Shown one piece after another: positions 17,976 through 27,381 of a stretch of DNA of 53,654 bases. Made by a program: the position numbers and the translations under genes. The notes below the pieces were generated by a model. That model saw nothing but the letters and a program-made list of their open reading frames with translations. It was not told the origin of the DNA and ran no database searches. Within the stretch, counting starts at the first letter, position 1; every line of letters starts with the position of its first letter. The stretch comes from Bacteroidota bacterium (GTDB lineage Bacteria > Bacteroidota > Bacteroidia > UKL13-3): positions 1 through 53,654 of the forward strand of contig CANHBJ010000002.1 of NCBI GenBank assembly GCA_947459075.1, read 5' to 3'.

Positions 17976-18413
17976 ATGACTAAAACAGCTGAAATACACA
18001 CCGCTAAAGGTGTAATGAAAATTGAATTTTTTGAAAACGATGCACCGAATACCGTTGCCAACTTTACAAAGTTAGCCAAAAGTGGTTTTTACAATGGCCT
18101 GACATTTCATAGGGTGTTGCCAGATTTTGTAATACAAGGCGGTTGCCCAAATGGAATTGGTAATGGTGGACCTGGATATAAGATTGATTGTGAATTAACA
18201 GGAGAAAACCAATACCATGATAGAGGTGTTTTGTCAATGGCACATGCAGGACGTAACACAGGAGGCTCGCAATTTTTTATTTGCCACAGTCGCACAAATA
18301 CTGCTCACCTTGATAGAAACCATACTTGCTTTGGTAAAGTGGTTGAAGGGTTAGAAGTAATCGATGCCATTCGTCAAGGTGATATAATGGAAAAAGTAAT
18401 TATCAACGAATAA
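17976..18413 (+). CDS. Cyclophilin-type peptidyl-prolyl cis-trans isomerase
   Basis: [20 protein letters not shown] and [12 protein letters not shown] cyclophilin signatures. Confidence 0.9.
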   Translation: MTKTAEIHTAKGVMKIEFFENDAPNTVANFTKLAKSGFYNGLTFHRVLPDFVIQGGCPNGIGNGGPGYKIDCELTGENQYHDRGVLSMAHAGRNTGGSQFFICHSRTNTAHLDRNHTCFGKVVEGLEVIDAIRQGDIMEKVIINE

Positions 18414-18452
18414 TGAATTGCTGCATACGCAGCTTACATACCAACATTTTAT

Positions 18453-19724
18453 ATGTTACAACTATCGGTATTAAGAGAAAACACCCAAGAGGTTAAGGAA
18501 CGCTTAAATAAACGCAACCCTGCATTTTTAAATGTGGTTGATGAAGTACTTGTGCTTGATGAAAAAACACGTGCCGCTAAACAAGAAATGGAAAACAACC
18601 AAGCTGAGGCAAATAAAATTGCCAAGCAAGTTGGTGAACTGATGAAAAATGGAAAACGTGAAGAAGCCGAAGAGGTAAAAAAACAATCATCAAGTTTAAA
18701 AGAACAAGCCAAACAATTAGAGGAAATAGTAAAGCAACTTGAGGAAAATTTATTTGCCAAATTAGTTACCATTCCAAACACACCAAATGCAATTGTACCA
18801 GAAGGTAAAACACCTGAAGAAAACGTTACTGTTTTTCAAAATGGCGAAATACCAACACTTGCTGAAGGTGCAATACCACATTGGGATTTAATTACAAAAT
18901 ACGATTTAATTGATTTTGAATTAGGCACAAAAATAACAGGAGCTGGGTTTCCAGTTTACCGTGGTAAAGGTGCTCGTATGCAACGTGGTTTGGTAAATTT
19001 CTTTTTAGACGAAGCCATGAAAGCAGGTTATGAAGAAATTGTACCTCCATATTTGGTAAATGCGGAAAGTGGTTTTGGAACAGGACAGTTACCCGATAAA
19101 GAAGGCCAAATGTACCATGCACAAGTTGATGATTTATATTTGATACCAACAGCAGAAGTACCAGTTACTAACTTATACCGTGATGTAATTTTAAAAGAAG
19201 AACAATTGCCAATTAAAAATGTGGCCTATTCTCCTTGTTTTAGAAGAGAAGCTGGAAGTTGGGGTGCACACGTGCGTGGATTAAACCGTTTACATCAATT
19301 TGAAAAAGTAGAAATTGTACAAATTGCTACACCTGAGCAATCGTATGCAATTTTAGATGAAATGGTAAAACACGTACAAGGTTTGTTAGAGAAACTTGAA
19401 TTACCATACCGTATACTTCGTTTATGTGGTGGCGATATGGGCTTTACATCAGCACTAACCTATGATTTTGAAACATACAGCGCAGCACAACAACGTTGGT
19501 TAGAAGTAAGCTCTACTTCAAACTTCGAAAGTTTTCAGGCCAATCGTTTAAAATGCCGTTACAAAACCAAAGATGGTAAAAATCAATTGGTACATACTTT
19601 AAATGGAAGTGCATTGGCATTACCACGTATTTTAGCCACCATTTTAGAAAACAACCAAACACCTGAAGGTATTAAAATACCAAAAGCATTAGTGCCTTAT
19701 GTTGGGTTTGATGTGATTAATTAA
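18453..19724 (+). CDS. serS: Seryl-tRNA synthetase
   Basis: N-terminal coiled-coil arm followed by a class II core (FRREAGS..., GSALALPR); 423 aa. Confidence 0.95.
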   Translation: MLQLSVLRENTQEVKERLNKRNPAFLNVVDEVLVLDEKTRAAKQEMENNQAEANKIAKQVGELMKNGKREEAEEVKKQSSSLKEQAKQLEEIVKQLEENLFAKLVTIPNTPNAIVPEGKTPEENVTVFQNGEIPTLAEGAIPHWDLITKYDLIDFELGTKITGAGFPVYRGKGARMQRGLVNFFLDEAMKAGYEEIVPPYLVNAESGFGTGQLPDKEGQMYHAQVDDLYLIPTAEVPVTNLYRDVILKEEQLPIKNVAYSPCFRREAGSWGAHVRGLNRLHQFEKVEIVQIATPEQSYAILDEMVKHVQGLLEKLELPYRILRLCGGDMGFTSALTYDFETYSAAQQRWLEVSSTSNFESFQANRLKCRYKTKDGKNQLVHTLNGSALALPRILATILENNQTPEGIKIPKALVPYVGFDVIN

Positions 19725-19748
19725 AAATCTTAATTGAATAAATAATAT

Positions 19749-19775
19749 AAGCCACACTTTTAGTGTGGCTTTTTA
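19749..19775 (+). terminator. Rho-independent terminator after serS
   Basis: GCCACAC (19751-19757) / GTGTGGC (19763-19769) followed by a T5 run. Confidence 0.75.
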
Positions 19776-19844
19776 TTTTGATAATTTGTTGTTTTATACA
19801 AAAAGAAGTAAAACGTTTGAACTTAAGTAAGTATACTTGAATAA

Positions 19845-20417
19845 ATGCTTAATGATAGAGAGTTAATTGAAGCTATATTAGGTGGTGACGAAGCCGCTTT
19901 TAAAACGCTTTATAACATGTACACAAGCATGGTATATAACACTGCTTTAAGTATTTTGCAACAACAATCAGAAGCAGAAGATATTACCCAAGATGTATTT
20001 ATAGAAATACATAAATCAATTGGAAAATTTAGACAAGAATCGACCTTAAAAACCTGGATATATAGAATAACCATAACCAAATGTTACGATTATTTAAAGA
20101 GACAAAAAACTAAAAAAAGGTTTGCCCAACTTACCTCACTATTTAATAATGAAAATAAGTTGGTATATGATAAACCGCATTTCGAACACCCAGGTGTTGC
20201 ACTTGAAAACAAAGAACATGCAAGTGTGTTATTTTTGGCTATAAGTAAGCTTCCTATTAAACAACAAACTGCATTTACTTTAAGTAAAATTGAACAATTA
20301 TCTTATCAAGAAATTGCAGAAATAATGAATACCACAATATCTAGTGTAGAATCGCTCCTTTTTAGGGCAACTAGAAATTTAAGAATCACGTTATCTGAAT
20401 ATTATAAAAATAAATAA
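19845..20417 (+). CDS. ECF-type RNA polymerase sigma-70 factor
   Basis: Region 2 DITQDVFIEIHKSIGKFRQESTLKTWIYRITITKCYDYL. Region 4 LSYQEIAEIMNTTISSVESLLFRATRNL. Confidence 0.9.
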   Translation: MLNDRELIEAILGGDEAAFKTLYNMYTSMVYNTALSILQQQSEAEDITQDVFIEIHKSIGKFRQESTLKTWIYRITITKCYDYLKRQKTKKRFAQLTSLFNNENKLVYDKPHFEHPGVALENKEHASVLFLAISKLPIKQQTAFTLSKIEQLSYQEIAEIMNTTISSVESLLFRATRNLRITLSEYYKNK

Positions 20418-20461
20418 ACAGTTAACGCAAGTTTTGATGCTGTTATACTTCTAAATAACAG

Positions 20462-20776
20462 ATGACTAATTCAAATAATAAAATAATTGACGATACTGTA
20501 AATAGCATACACAGTATTCAACGAGCGGAAGCATCTCCCTTTTTGTTCAATAAGATTATTAATCGTATTAAAACGGGAACACCAGAGCCAATTTATTATA
20601 CGGGAGCATGGTTTTTGCGAATTGCTGTTACAGGAGTAGTTATTATTTCACTAAATGCCATAACCATTTGGACTGTAACTAAACAACCCCAAAAACAAAT
20701 AAATGAACAATTCGAATTACATAAGATAGCACAAGAATATTTCGGCAACGAGCATGTTTCAAGTTACTTTTATTAA
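20462..20776 (+). CDS. Small single-pass membrane protein, putative anti-sigma factor
   Basis: 104 aa with one TM (WFLRIAVTGVVIISLNAITIWTV), immediately downstream of the ECF sigma gene. The role is assigned by position only. Confidence 0.5.
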   Translation: MTNSNNKIIDDTVNSIHSIQRAEASPFLFNKIINRIKTGTPEPIYYTGAWFLRIAVTGVVIISLNAITIWTVTKQPQKQINEQFELHKIAQEYFGNEHVSSYFY

Positions 20777-20785
20777 TTTATAATC

Positions 20786-21331
20786 ATGAGAATAAACAAA
20801 ACTAAACTGTTGCTTACTTTGGTTATTTTATTAACCATACTTAATGTAAGCACAATTGCTAGTATTTGGAGATTTATCGACTTCAGCACGTTATCTATGA
20901 TAACAACACATGCACCAATCGGTGGTCCGAAAGATTTTATCATTAGCAAACTTGATTTAAACGAAGAACAACAAAAAGTTTTTGAAGAACTTCGTCAGGA
21001 ACATTTTCAAGAAATGAAAAATTTACAGGATAATATCCGTATAGAAAAAGATGCCATGTACGACTTGTTAAAAAGTGACCAACCAGATACAACTGCATCA
21101 TACCAACACATTGCTCGAATAATGCAAAATGAAGAGAAACTTGAGCACATCACGTTTAATCATTTTAGAAAAGTGAGGGCAATTTGCACTGCTGAGCAAC
21201 AACAACATTTTGATGTAATTATTGATGAAGTAATGCGAATGCTAATGAGACCACCACGTCCACATGCACCTGGTGCAATGCATCAAAATAAAAATAACCA
21301 AGCCAAAGATGAACATTACCCCTTACCATAA
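20786..21331 (+). CDS. Spy/CpxP/ZraP-like periplasmic protein (LTxxQ-type helical repeats)
   Basis: N-terminal signal/anchor, LNEEQQKVFEELRQEHFQEMKNL and CTAEQQQHFDVIIDEV repeats, and a Pro/His-rich tail. Confidence 0.65.
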   Translation: MRINKTKLLLTLVILLTILNVSTIASIWRFIDFSTLSMITTHAPIGGPKDFIISKLDLNEEQQKVFEELRQEHFQEMKNLQDNIRIEKDAMYDLLKSDQPDTTASYQHIARIMQNEEKLEHITFNHFRKVRAICTAEQQQHFDVIIDEVMRMLMRPPRPHAPGAMHQNKNNQAKDEHYPLP

Positions 21332-21345
21332 ACAACTTAACTGAA

Positions 21346-21594
21346 ATGAAGTTATTAAAGAATATCGCACTAAGCGATACAGGATTTGTATTTAATCCAG
21401 GCAATGGAGATTCTTTTTCGGTAAACCCAATTGGATTGAGCATCCTAAAAGATTTACAAGAAGGCAAATCGGAAGATGCTATTAGAAACAGGGTAGTTGA
21501 AGATTACCAAACGGATAAAGAAACCATTGAAAAAGATTTATATGATTTTTTGAAAATGATTGAACAATTTAACCTCACCGATTACCATGAGTAA
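21346..21594 (+). CDS. PqqD-like small protein (RiPP-recognition-element / peptide-chaperone fold)
   Basis: 82 aa. ...GDSFSVNPIGLSILKDLQEGKSEDAIRNRVVEDYQTDKETIEKDLYDFLKMIEQ is typical of PqqD-family winged-helix proteins. Confidence 0.65.
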   Translation: MKLLKNIALSDTGFVFNPGNGDSFSVNPIGLSILKDLQEGKSEDAIRNRVVEDYQTDKETIEKDLYDFLKMIEQFNLTDYHE

Positions 21595-22633
21595 ACGGAA
21601 GATTACTATTGCTGTTTCAGGTTTAAATAACATTGACAGTCCTGGTCCCGGCATACCAGTTATTCGTGCACTCAAAGACAGCGAACTATTTGAAATTCGA
21701 ATTATTGGTTTATCATACGACACAATGGAACCGGGAATTTATATGCATGATTTGGTAGATAAAACATACCAAATACCGCTACCATCAGCCGGTCAACAAA
21801 GTTTAATTACTCGTTTAACATACATACATCAGCAAGAAAAAATTGATGTATTAATTCCCAACTTTGATGCGGAATTGTTTAACTTCATAAAACTTCAAGA
21901 CATGCTAAAAAAAATGGGTATAGATACATTTTTGCCCACACTAGAGCAGTTTGAAGAAAGACAGAAATGGGCTTTAAATACTTTTGGAGAAAAGTATGGC
22001 ATTAAGGTGCCAAAAAGTAAACAAATTAATAGTACAGCCGAAATACATGCATTAACACATGAATTCGGCTATCCATTAGTAGTTAAAGGCAAATTTTATG
22101 ATGCAACAGTTGCCTATTCACCAGATCAAGCCATGGCAGCATTTAACAAAATAAGCAGCAAGTGGGGATTACCTATAATAATACAACAATATACACCAGG
22201 AATAGAGGTAAACCTTACTGGAATTGGCGATGGAAAAGGAAATTTAATTGGTGCTGTGCCAATGCGCAAAACATATATAACAGATAAGGGCAAAGCATGG
22301 GCTGGTATAGCTTTAGAAGACGAAACCCTTATGAATATTGCTCGCAACATGTTAAAAGGAAATAAATGGAGAGGTGGTTTTGAATTGGAAATGATAAAAA
22401 CTGATAAGCGAGAATATTATTTGATTGAGATTAATCCGAGATTTCCAGCATGGGTTTATTTGGCAGTTGGTGCAGGGCAAAACCATCCCGAAGCACTTGT
22501 TAGGCTTGCGCTTGGCGAAGATGTAAAGCCTTATGAAAGCTATGAATCTGGTAAAATGTTTATCCGATATTCATACGATAAAATTGTTGACCTGAAAGAA
22601 TTTGAAACCATTTCTACCCTAGGTGAATTATAA
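21587..22633 (+). CDS. ATP-grasp carboxylate-amine ligase (pre-ATP-grasp + ATP-grasp)
   Basis: I chose the ATG at 21587, which overlaps the PqqD-like gene by 8 nt. YPLVVKGKFYDA, IIQQYTPGIE and YYLIEINPRFPAW (the E-x-N Mg/ATP motif). No signal peptide. Confidence 0.8.
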   Translation: MSKRKITIAVSGLNNIDSPGPGIPVIRALKDSELFEIRIIGLSYDTMEPGIYMHDLVDKTYQIPLPSAGQQSLITRLTYIHQQEKIDVLIPNFDAELFNFIKLQDMLKKMGIDTFLPTLEQFEERQKWALNTFGEKYGIKVPKSKQINSTAEIHALTHEFGYPLVVKGKFYDATVAYSPDQAMAAFNKISSKWGLPIIIQQYTPGIEVNLTGIGDGKGNLIGAVPMRKTYITDKGKAWAGIALEDETLMNIARNMLKGNKWRGGFELEMIKTDKREYYLIEINPRFPAWVYLAVGAGQNHPEALVRLALGEDVKPYESYESGKMFIRYSYDKIVDLKEFETISTLGEL

Positions 22634-22651
22634 CGAATTAGAAAAAAACAG

Positions 22652-24028
22652 ATGAAAAAGCAAATTTACGAACGCCCCTTAATACAAAGAATCAATACTG
22701 GAATGATGAATAAATTCGGTACCAAAACAGAATATGCACCTGTAAGTCATATTGATGGTTTGGCAGTAAAAGATTTGATAAATGAATACGGATCTCCCCT
22801 ATTTGTTCTAAGTGAGGAAACCATAAGAAACACATATAGAGATGCTGTTCGTGCATTTAAAACTAGATATCCCAAAGTGCAATTCGCATGGAGTTATAAA
22901 ACCAATTACATCAATGCGGTATGCAATATATTCCATCAAGAAGGATCATGGGCAGAAGTTGTTTCTGGGTTTGAATACCAAAAAGCAATTAACAACGGAG
23001 TACCTGGACCAAAAATTATTTTTAACGGACCTGACAAAAGTGATGATGATTTAAGACTTGCAATAACTAATAACTCACCTATCCACATTGATCATCTTGA
23101 TGAACTTTATCGTTTAACTGAGTTAGCCGAAGAAATGAATAAACGACCTAATGTTGCTATTCGCGTAAATATGGATACGGGTATTTATCCAATGTGGGAT
23201 CGTTTTGGATTTAACTACGAAAACGGACAAGCATGGGATGCAATCAATAAAATAATTTTAGGCAATAGACTTGAGTTAATTGGTGTTCATTGTCACATCG
23301 GTACTTTCATGTTATCGCCTCAAGCATATGCTACAGCAGCTTATAAGTTATCTGATTTGGCATTGGGAATAAAAAAGAAATTCGGCAAAACAATTCAATA
23401 CATCGATATGGGTGGAGGTTTTGCATCTAAAAATACGTTGAAGGGTTCATTTCTTCCGGGTGCCGACACCACTCCTACCATAGATCAATTTGCAGAATCT
23501 ATTACCACAGCACTACTAAATGCAGGATTTACCGAAAGTGACTTACCACTTCTAATTTTAGAAACAGGTAGGGCACTAATTGATGAGGCAGGTTATTTAT
23601 TGGGAAGCGTGCTAGCGAACAAACGCTTAAGCGATGGAAGAAGAGCTACCATTATGGATTTTGGTGTAAATATTTTGTTCACCTCTTTTTGGTACGATCA
23701 TAAAATTAGCCCTGCGCAAGAATTTAGTTCTTATACAGAAGACACAGTAATGTATGGCCCATTATGTATGAATATTGATGTAGTAAGAAGTCATATTACC
23801 TTGCCACCATTAAGAAAAGAAGACCATGTAGTTGTACATACAGTTGGTGCATATAACATGACACAATGGATGCAGTTTATTGCTATGCGTCCAGCTGTAG
23901 TAATCATTGGTACTGATGGAAAATCGCATTTAATTCGCAGTAAAGAAACGATAGAAAATATAGAATCGAATGAAGTTATGCCAGATTTTTTAAGAAAGCA
24001 TGAACTAGCATCTGGTATTTTAAAATAA
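22652..24028 (+). CDS. Fold-type III PLP-dependent decarboxylase (Orn/DAP/Arg decarboxylase family)
   Basis: SPLFVLSEETIR..., FAWSYKTN (Schiff-base Lys context), IDMGGGFAS (phosphate loop), YGPLCMNIDVV (Cys-x-x-x-D region) and VGAYNMTQ. Confidence 0.8.
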   Translation: MKKQIYERPLIQRINTGMMNKFGTKTEYAPVSHIDGLAVKDLINEYGSPLFVLSEETIRNTYRDAVRAFKTRYPKVQFAWSYKTNYINAVCNIFHQEGSWAEVVSGFEYQKAINNGVPGPKIIFNGPDKSDDDLRLAITNNSPIHIDHLDELYRLTELAEEMNKRPNVAIRVNMDTGIYPMWDRFGFNYENGQAWDAINKIILGNRLELIGVHCHIGTFMLSPQAYATAAYKLSDLALGIKKKFGKTIQYIDMGGGFASKNTLKGSFLPGADTTPTIDQFAESITTALLNAGFTESDLPLLILETGRALIDEAGYLLGSVLANKRLSDGRRATIMDFGVNILFTSFWYDHKISPAQEFSSYTEDTVMYGPLCMNIDVVRSHITLPPLRKEDHVVVHTVGAYNMTQWMQFIAMRPAVVIIGTDGKSHLIRSKETIENIESNEVMPDFLRKHELASGILK

Positions 24029-24034
24029 CTACTA

Positions 24035-26224
24035 TTGAAAAGCCATATTCAATTATTCGGAAAAGGATATATAAATAGTTATTCTCAATTGTTTTTCGCA
24101 GATAGTAAAACATTTGCGTGGTTACTATTGCTATCTTCTTTTGTTAATCCCATTATGGGAATTAGCGGGGCCATAGCAACCATTTCTGGTTTGGTTTTTT
24201 CGTATTGGATTGGATTAAATAGGACACACATTGGCCATGGAGTATATAGTTATAATGCGTTAATGATTGGCCTCGTTTTAGGGTCGCAATATCAAATAAC
24301 ATCATCATATTTGCTGCTGTTATTGGTTGCTGCAATTCTTAGTGTAATTATTACAGTTTGGTTCAATACAGTTTTGGCCAAATACCAATTACCATCGTTA
24401 AGTTTATCTTTTCTATTTAGCCTTTGGTTAATAACTATTGGGCTTCGTACATATAATAACATCACACTTAGCGAAAGTAGTATATACAGATACAACGATT
24501 TGTATTTATTAGGTGGCGATCAATTATTAAACTTCATGAATAAGTTGGAGGAAAATCAACTTCCTGAAGTGGTTGATGTATATTTAAAATCACTCTCAGC
24601 AGTATTCTTCCAATACAATATCATTGCAGGCTTCCTAATTTTAATTGGATTAATCATTTGGTCGAGAATTGCATTTATACTTTCCATTATTGGATTTAGT
24701 ATAGGATACCTATTTTATTTTGGCTTATCAGGAGAATTCTCTCAACTTTACTACAGTTATATTGGGTTTAACTTTATTCTTACTGCAATAGCATTAGGAG
24801 GTTATTATCTCATACCTTCACGTGCTTCAATTATGTTAGCTATTATATCAATGCCCATTATAGGCGTTTTGATCAGTGGTTTAAATGGTATTCTAATTGT
24901 ATATCAACTTCCATTATTTTCGTTACCATTTGTTATCACAGTATTAATTGTTTTGATGTTATTAAGTCAAAGGACTTACCTGCACAGATTAATTCCTGTT
25001 ACCTATCAACATTTTTCGCCCGAAAAAAACAAGTACAACTATTCCAATAATGTCACACGATTCAAAAATAGTAAATGGGTTAATATTCAACTACCATTTT
25101 TCGGAGAGTGGTTTGTTTCGCAGGGGTATAATGGCAAAATAACACATAAAGAAAATTGGAGTGATGCATTAGATTTTGTTGTAGTGGATGAAACTAAGCA
25201 TACTTTTAAGTCACTTGGTACATCTGTTACAGACTTTTACTGTTATAACTTACCAATACTTGCACCAGCAGATGGATTTGTGGTAGAAATTGCTGATGGT
25301 ATAGAAGACAACAAGATTGGTGATGTTGATTTGATAGAAAACTGGGGAAATAGTATTGTAATTAAACATGCAGATGGCTTATATAGTAAACTATCACACC
25401 TAAAAGCGAATTCTATTCTAGTACAATTAAACGATTATGTAAGGGCAGGACAAATGTTGGCAAGCTGTGGTAGCTCTGGCAGATCGCCAGAACCACATTT
25501 GCATTTCCAGATGCAAACAACTCCTTTTATAGGATCAGCAACTTTAAGATATCAAATAAACCATTTTATAAGCAGGGTAAACGAAAAATACCAATTTCAC
25601 GAAAACGAAATACCAGAAGAAGGGGCCCAAATTCATCAACCTATAAAAACTCCATTATTAAGTAAAGCTTTACATTTTACACCTGGTCAAATAATTACAT
25701 TTGAAACCATACTGAACGCAGGAAATAAAATTAGTATAAATTGGGAATGCATGGTTGATGCATGGAATAAAACCTATTTGTATTGCCAACAAACAAAAGC
25801 ATACGCCTATTTTGTAAATGATGGTACAACATTTTATTTTACCAGTTACCACGGATCAAAAAAATCGTATTTATTTGATTTTTATCTGGCAGCTTACAAA
25901 ATTCTCTTGGGCTATTATCCTGATTTAACAATAAAAGATAGTATTGATATTGGATTATTTAATCACCCTATTTCATTGTGGTTTCAAGATATTATTGCTC
26001 CATTTTATCTTTTTAAAAAGGTAAGTTATCAGGTGAATTTTAAACAAATAGACGATATGATTGCACCTACATACATAGTTATGGAGAGTAAAATTGAAGC
26101 ATACAACTTTAACTCAAAAACAAAAGAGCGCAATTATAAATTAGTAATACAAGATGGCAAACTGATGCAAATTGTTATTAACCCAAACCAAAAATCAGCT
26201 CAAACAATAACATGTACAAACTAA
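24035..26224 (+). CDS. Fusion protein: urea-transporter-like membrane domain + M23 (LytM) peptidase domain + ~220-aa C-terminal domain of unknown function
   Basis: TTG start. The N-terminal ~320 aa are polytopic, with the UT-like signature YINSYSQLFFADSKTFAWLLLLSSFVNPIMGISGAIATISG. The M23 core is GNSIVIKHADGLYSKLSHLKANSILVQLNDYVRAGQMLASCGSSGRSPEPHLHFQM. Confidence 0.65.
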   Translation: MKSHIQLFGKGYINSYSQLFFADSKTFAWLLLLSSFVNPIMGISGAIATISGLVFSYWIGLNRTHIGHGVYSYNALMIGLVLGSQYQITSSYLLLLLVAAILSVIITVWFNTVLAKYQLPSLSLSFLFSLWLITIGLRTYNNITLSESSIYRYNDLYLLGGDQLLNFMNKLEENQLPEVVDVYLKSLSAVFFQYNIIAGFLILIGLIIWSRIAFILSIIGFSIGYLFYFGLSGEFSQLYYSYIGFNFILTAIALGGYYLIPSRASIMLAIISMPIIGVLISGLNGILIVYQLPLFSLPFVITVLIVLMLLSQRTYLHRLIPVTYQHFSPEKNKYNYSNNVTRFKNSKWVNIQLPFFGEWFVSQGYNGKITHKENWSDALDFVVVDETKHTFKSLGTSVTDFYCYNLPILAPADGFVVEIADGIEDNKIGDVDLIENWGNSIVIKHADGLYSKLSHLKANSILVQLNDYVRAGQMLASCGSSGRSPEPHLHFQMQTTPFIGSATLRYQINHFISRVNEKYQFHENEIPEEGAQIHQPIKTPLLSKALHFTPGQIITFETILNAGNKISINWECMVDAWNKTYLYCQQTKAYAYFVNDGTTFYFTSYHGSKKSYLFDFYLAAYKILLGYYPDLTIKDSIDIGLFNHPISLWFQDIIAPFYLFKKVSYQVNFKQIDDMIAPTYIVMESKIEAYNFNSKTKERNYKLVIQDGKLMQIVINPNQKSAQTITCTN

Positions 26225-27372
26225 CCTCACTTTTTGTACTTTGTTTTGTATTTGTTTGTGCCAACTCACAAGTGTATTATAATTCAGGTGTAGATAAATT
26301 AATTAAAGAAGAATACAATAAAGGAAATTGGAAAAATGTAATTCAAATTACTGACAGTATTCACAAAATAGGCATTGGATACCATGAGGCCTTTGAAATG
26401 GCTGCAGATGCCGCATATATTTTAAATAAACCATTTAAACAACATGCATACTTACAATATGCATTAAACGATTTTCCAACGGATAGTGCGGTCTTATTGA
26501 AATTAGCTTATTGTTTCTGGGCAACACAACAATATTCTCATGGTAATAAAGCACAATACAAACTATTAAAAGGCGGGCAATTAAGTGAACAAAATAAAGT
26601 TAAAAATAATGTTGTAAATTTTGATTTTGGAAGTAAAATTAGCAACAATACGAACCTATATAATAATTTAAATTATGTTTCAATTGGTACAACTTTCCCT
26701 ATAAAGTATTTGCTTACTTACCATGGGATAACTTATCTAAGTCAAAATAGTTTTTATGGAGATATAGCTCAAATACAATATTACCTGAATACATCATTAG
26801 CACTAAAAAAAGGATGGAAAATTATTGGAATAATGCATTTAGCAGAATATAATCTTACTAACTATCCTTCAGATTTAATTGGCAATCAAATATTATCAGG
26901 CGAACAATACGTTTTGGGTTTAGGAACAAGTAAACTTTATAAAAATTGTTTGTTTGGAATCGATGTCATAAAATCTAATTTAAACTATATGGATCAACTC
27001 CAAATAGTTTCGGGAATAACATACTACCCATTAAATAACACCAAGCTTATACTTAATATAGATGCAAATTACCTTACCGAAAAATCACACATCATTACAT
27101 CTTATAACCTTAATTACTCACCAATTAATTCATTAAATATAATTGTGAGCTATTTACAAGCCAATACACGTAACTTTACAGAACAGAATGCATTTTTACT
27201 TCATAACTCTTTTGATATTACCCGAAATAAATACGCATTATCCGTAACAAAACATATTTCAAAAACCATACGTATTTCAGGAATATTTCAATTGGAAAAT
27301 AAAATAGAAACAATAAGTAACACCAATTATCAATACAAAATATTAGGTTTAGGTGTAAAAAATATTTTTTAA
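26212..27372 (+). CDS. Predicted outer-membrane beta-barrel protein with N-terminal helical region
   Basis: Overlaps the preceding gene by 13 nt. Signal peptide MYKLTSLFVLCFVFVCANSQ. The C-terminal two-thirds consists of alternating-pattern strands ending ...LGLGVKNIF (terminal Phe). Confidence 0.6.
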   Translation: MYKLTSLFVLCFVFVCANSQVYYNSGVDKLIKEEYNKGNWKNVIQITDSIHKIGIGYHEAFEMAADAAYILNKPFKQHAYLQYALNDFPTDSAVLLKLAYCFWATQQYSHGNKAQYKLLKGGQLSEQNKVKNNVVNFDFGSKISNNTNLYNNLNYVSIGTTFPIKYLLTYHGITYLSQNSFYGDIAQIQYYLNTSLALKKGWKIIGIMHLAEYNLTNYPSDLIGNQILSGEQYVLGLGTSKLYKNCLFGIDVIKSNLNYMDQLQIVSGITYYPLNNTKLILNIDANYLTEKSHIITSYNLNYSPINSLNIIVSYLQANTRNFTEQNAFLLHNSFDITRNKYALSVTKHISKTIRISGIFQLENKIETISNTNYQYKILGLGVKNIF

Positions 27373-27381
27373 TAAACATAT

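Noticed and set aside
19776-19844. Promoter for the ECF-sigma operon (TTTG at 19816-19819, TATACTTG at 19832-19839)
   Set aside because: The spacing between the two elements is ~12 nt rather than ~19-21, and the -7-like box is imperfect and only 5 nt from the ATG. This is not good enough to call.
21560-21586. Upstream start for the ATP-grasp gene
   Set aside because: The ATG at 21587 yields MSKRKITIAVSG, a typical pre-ATP-grasp N-terminus, and a short 8-nt overlap with the PqqD-like gene. The longer form lies deep inside that gene.
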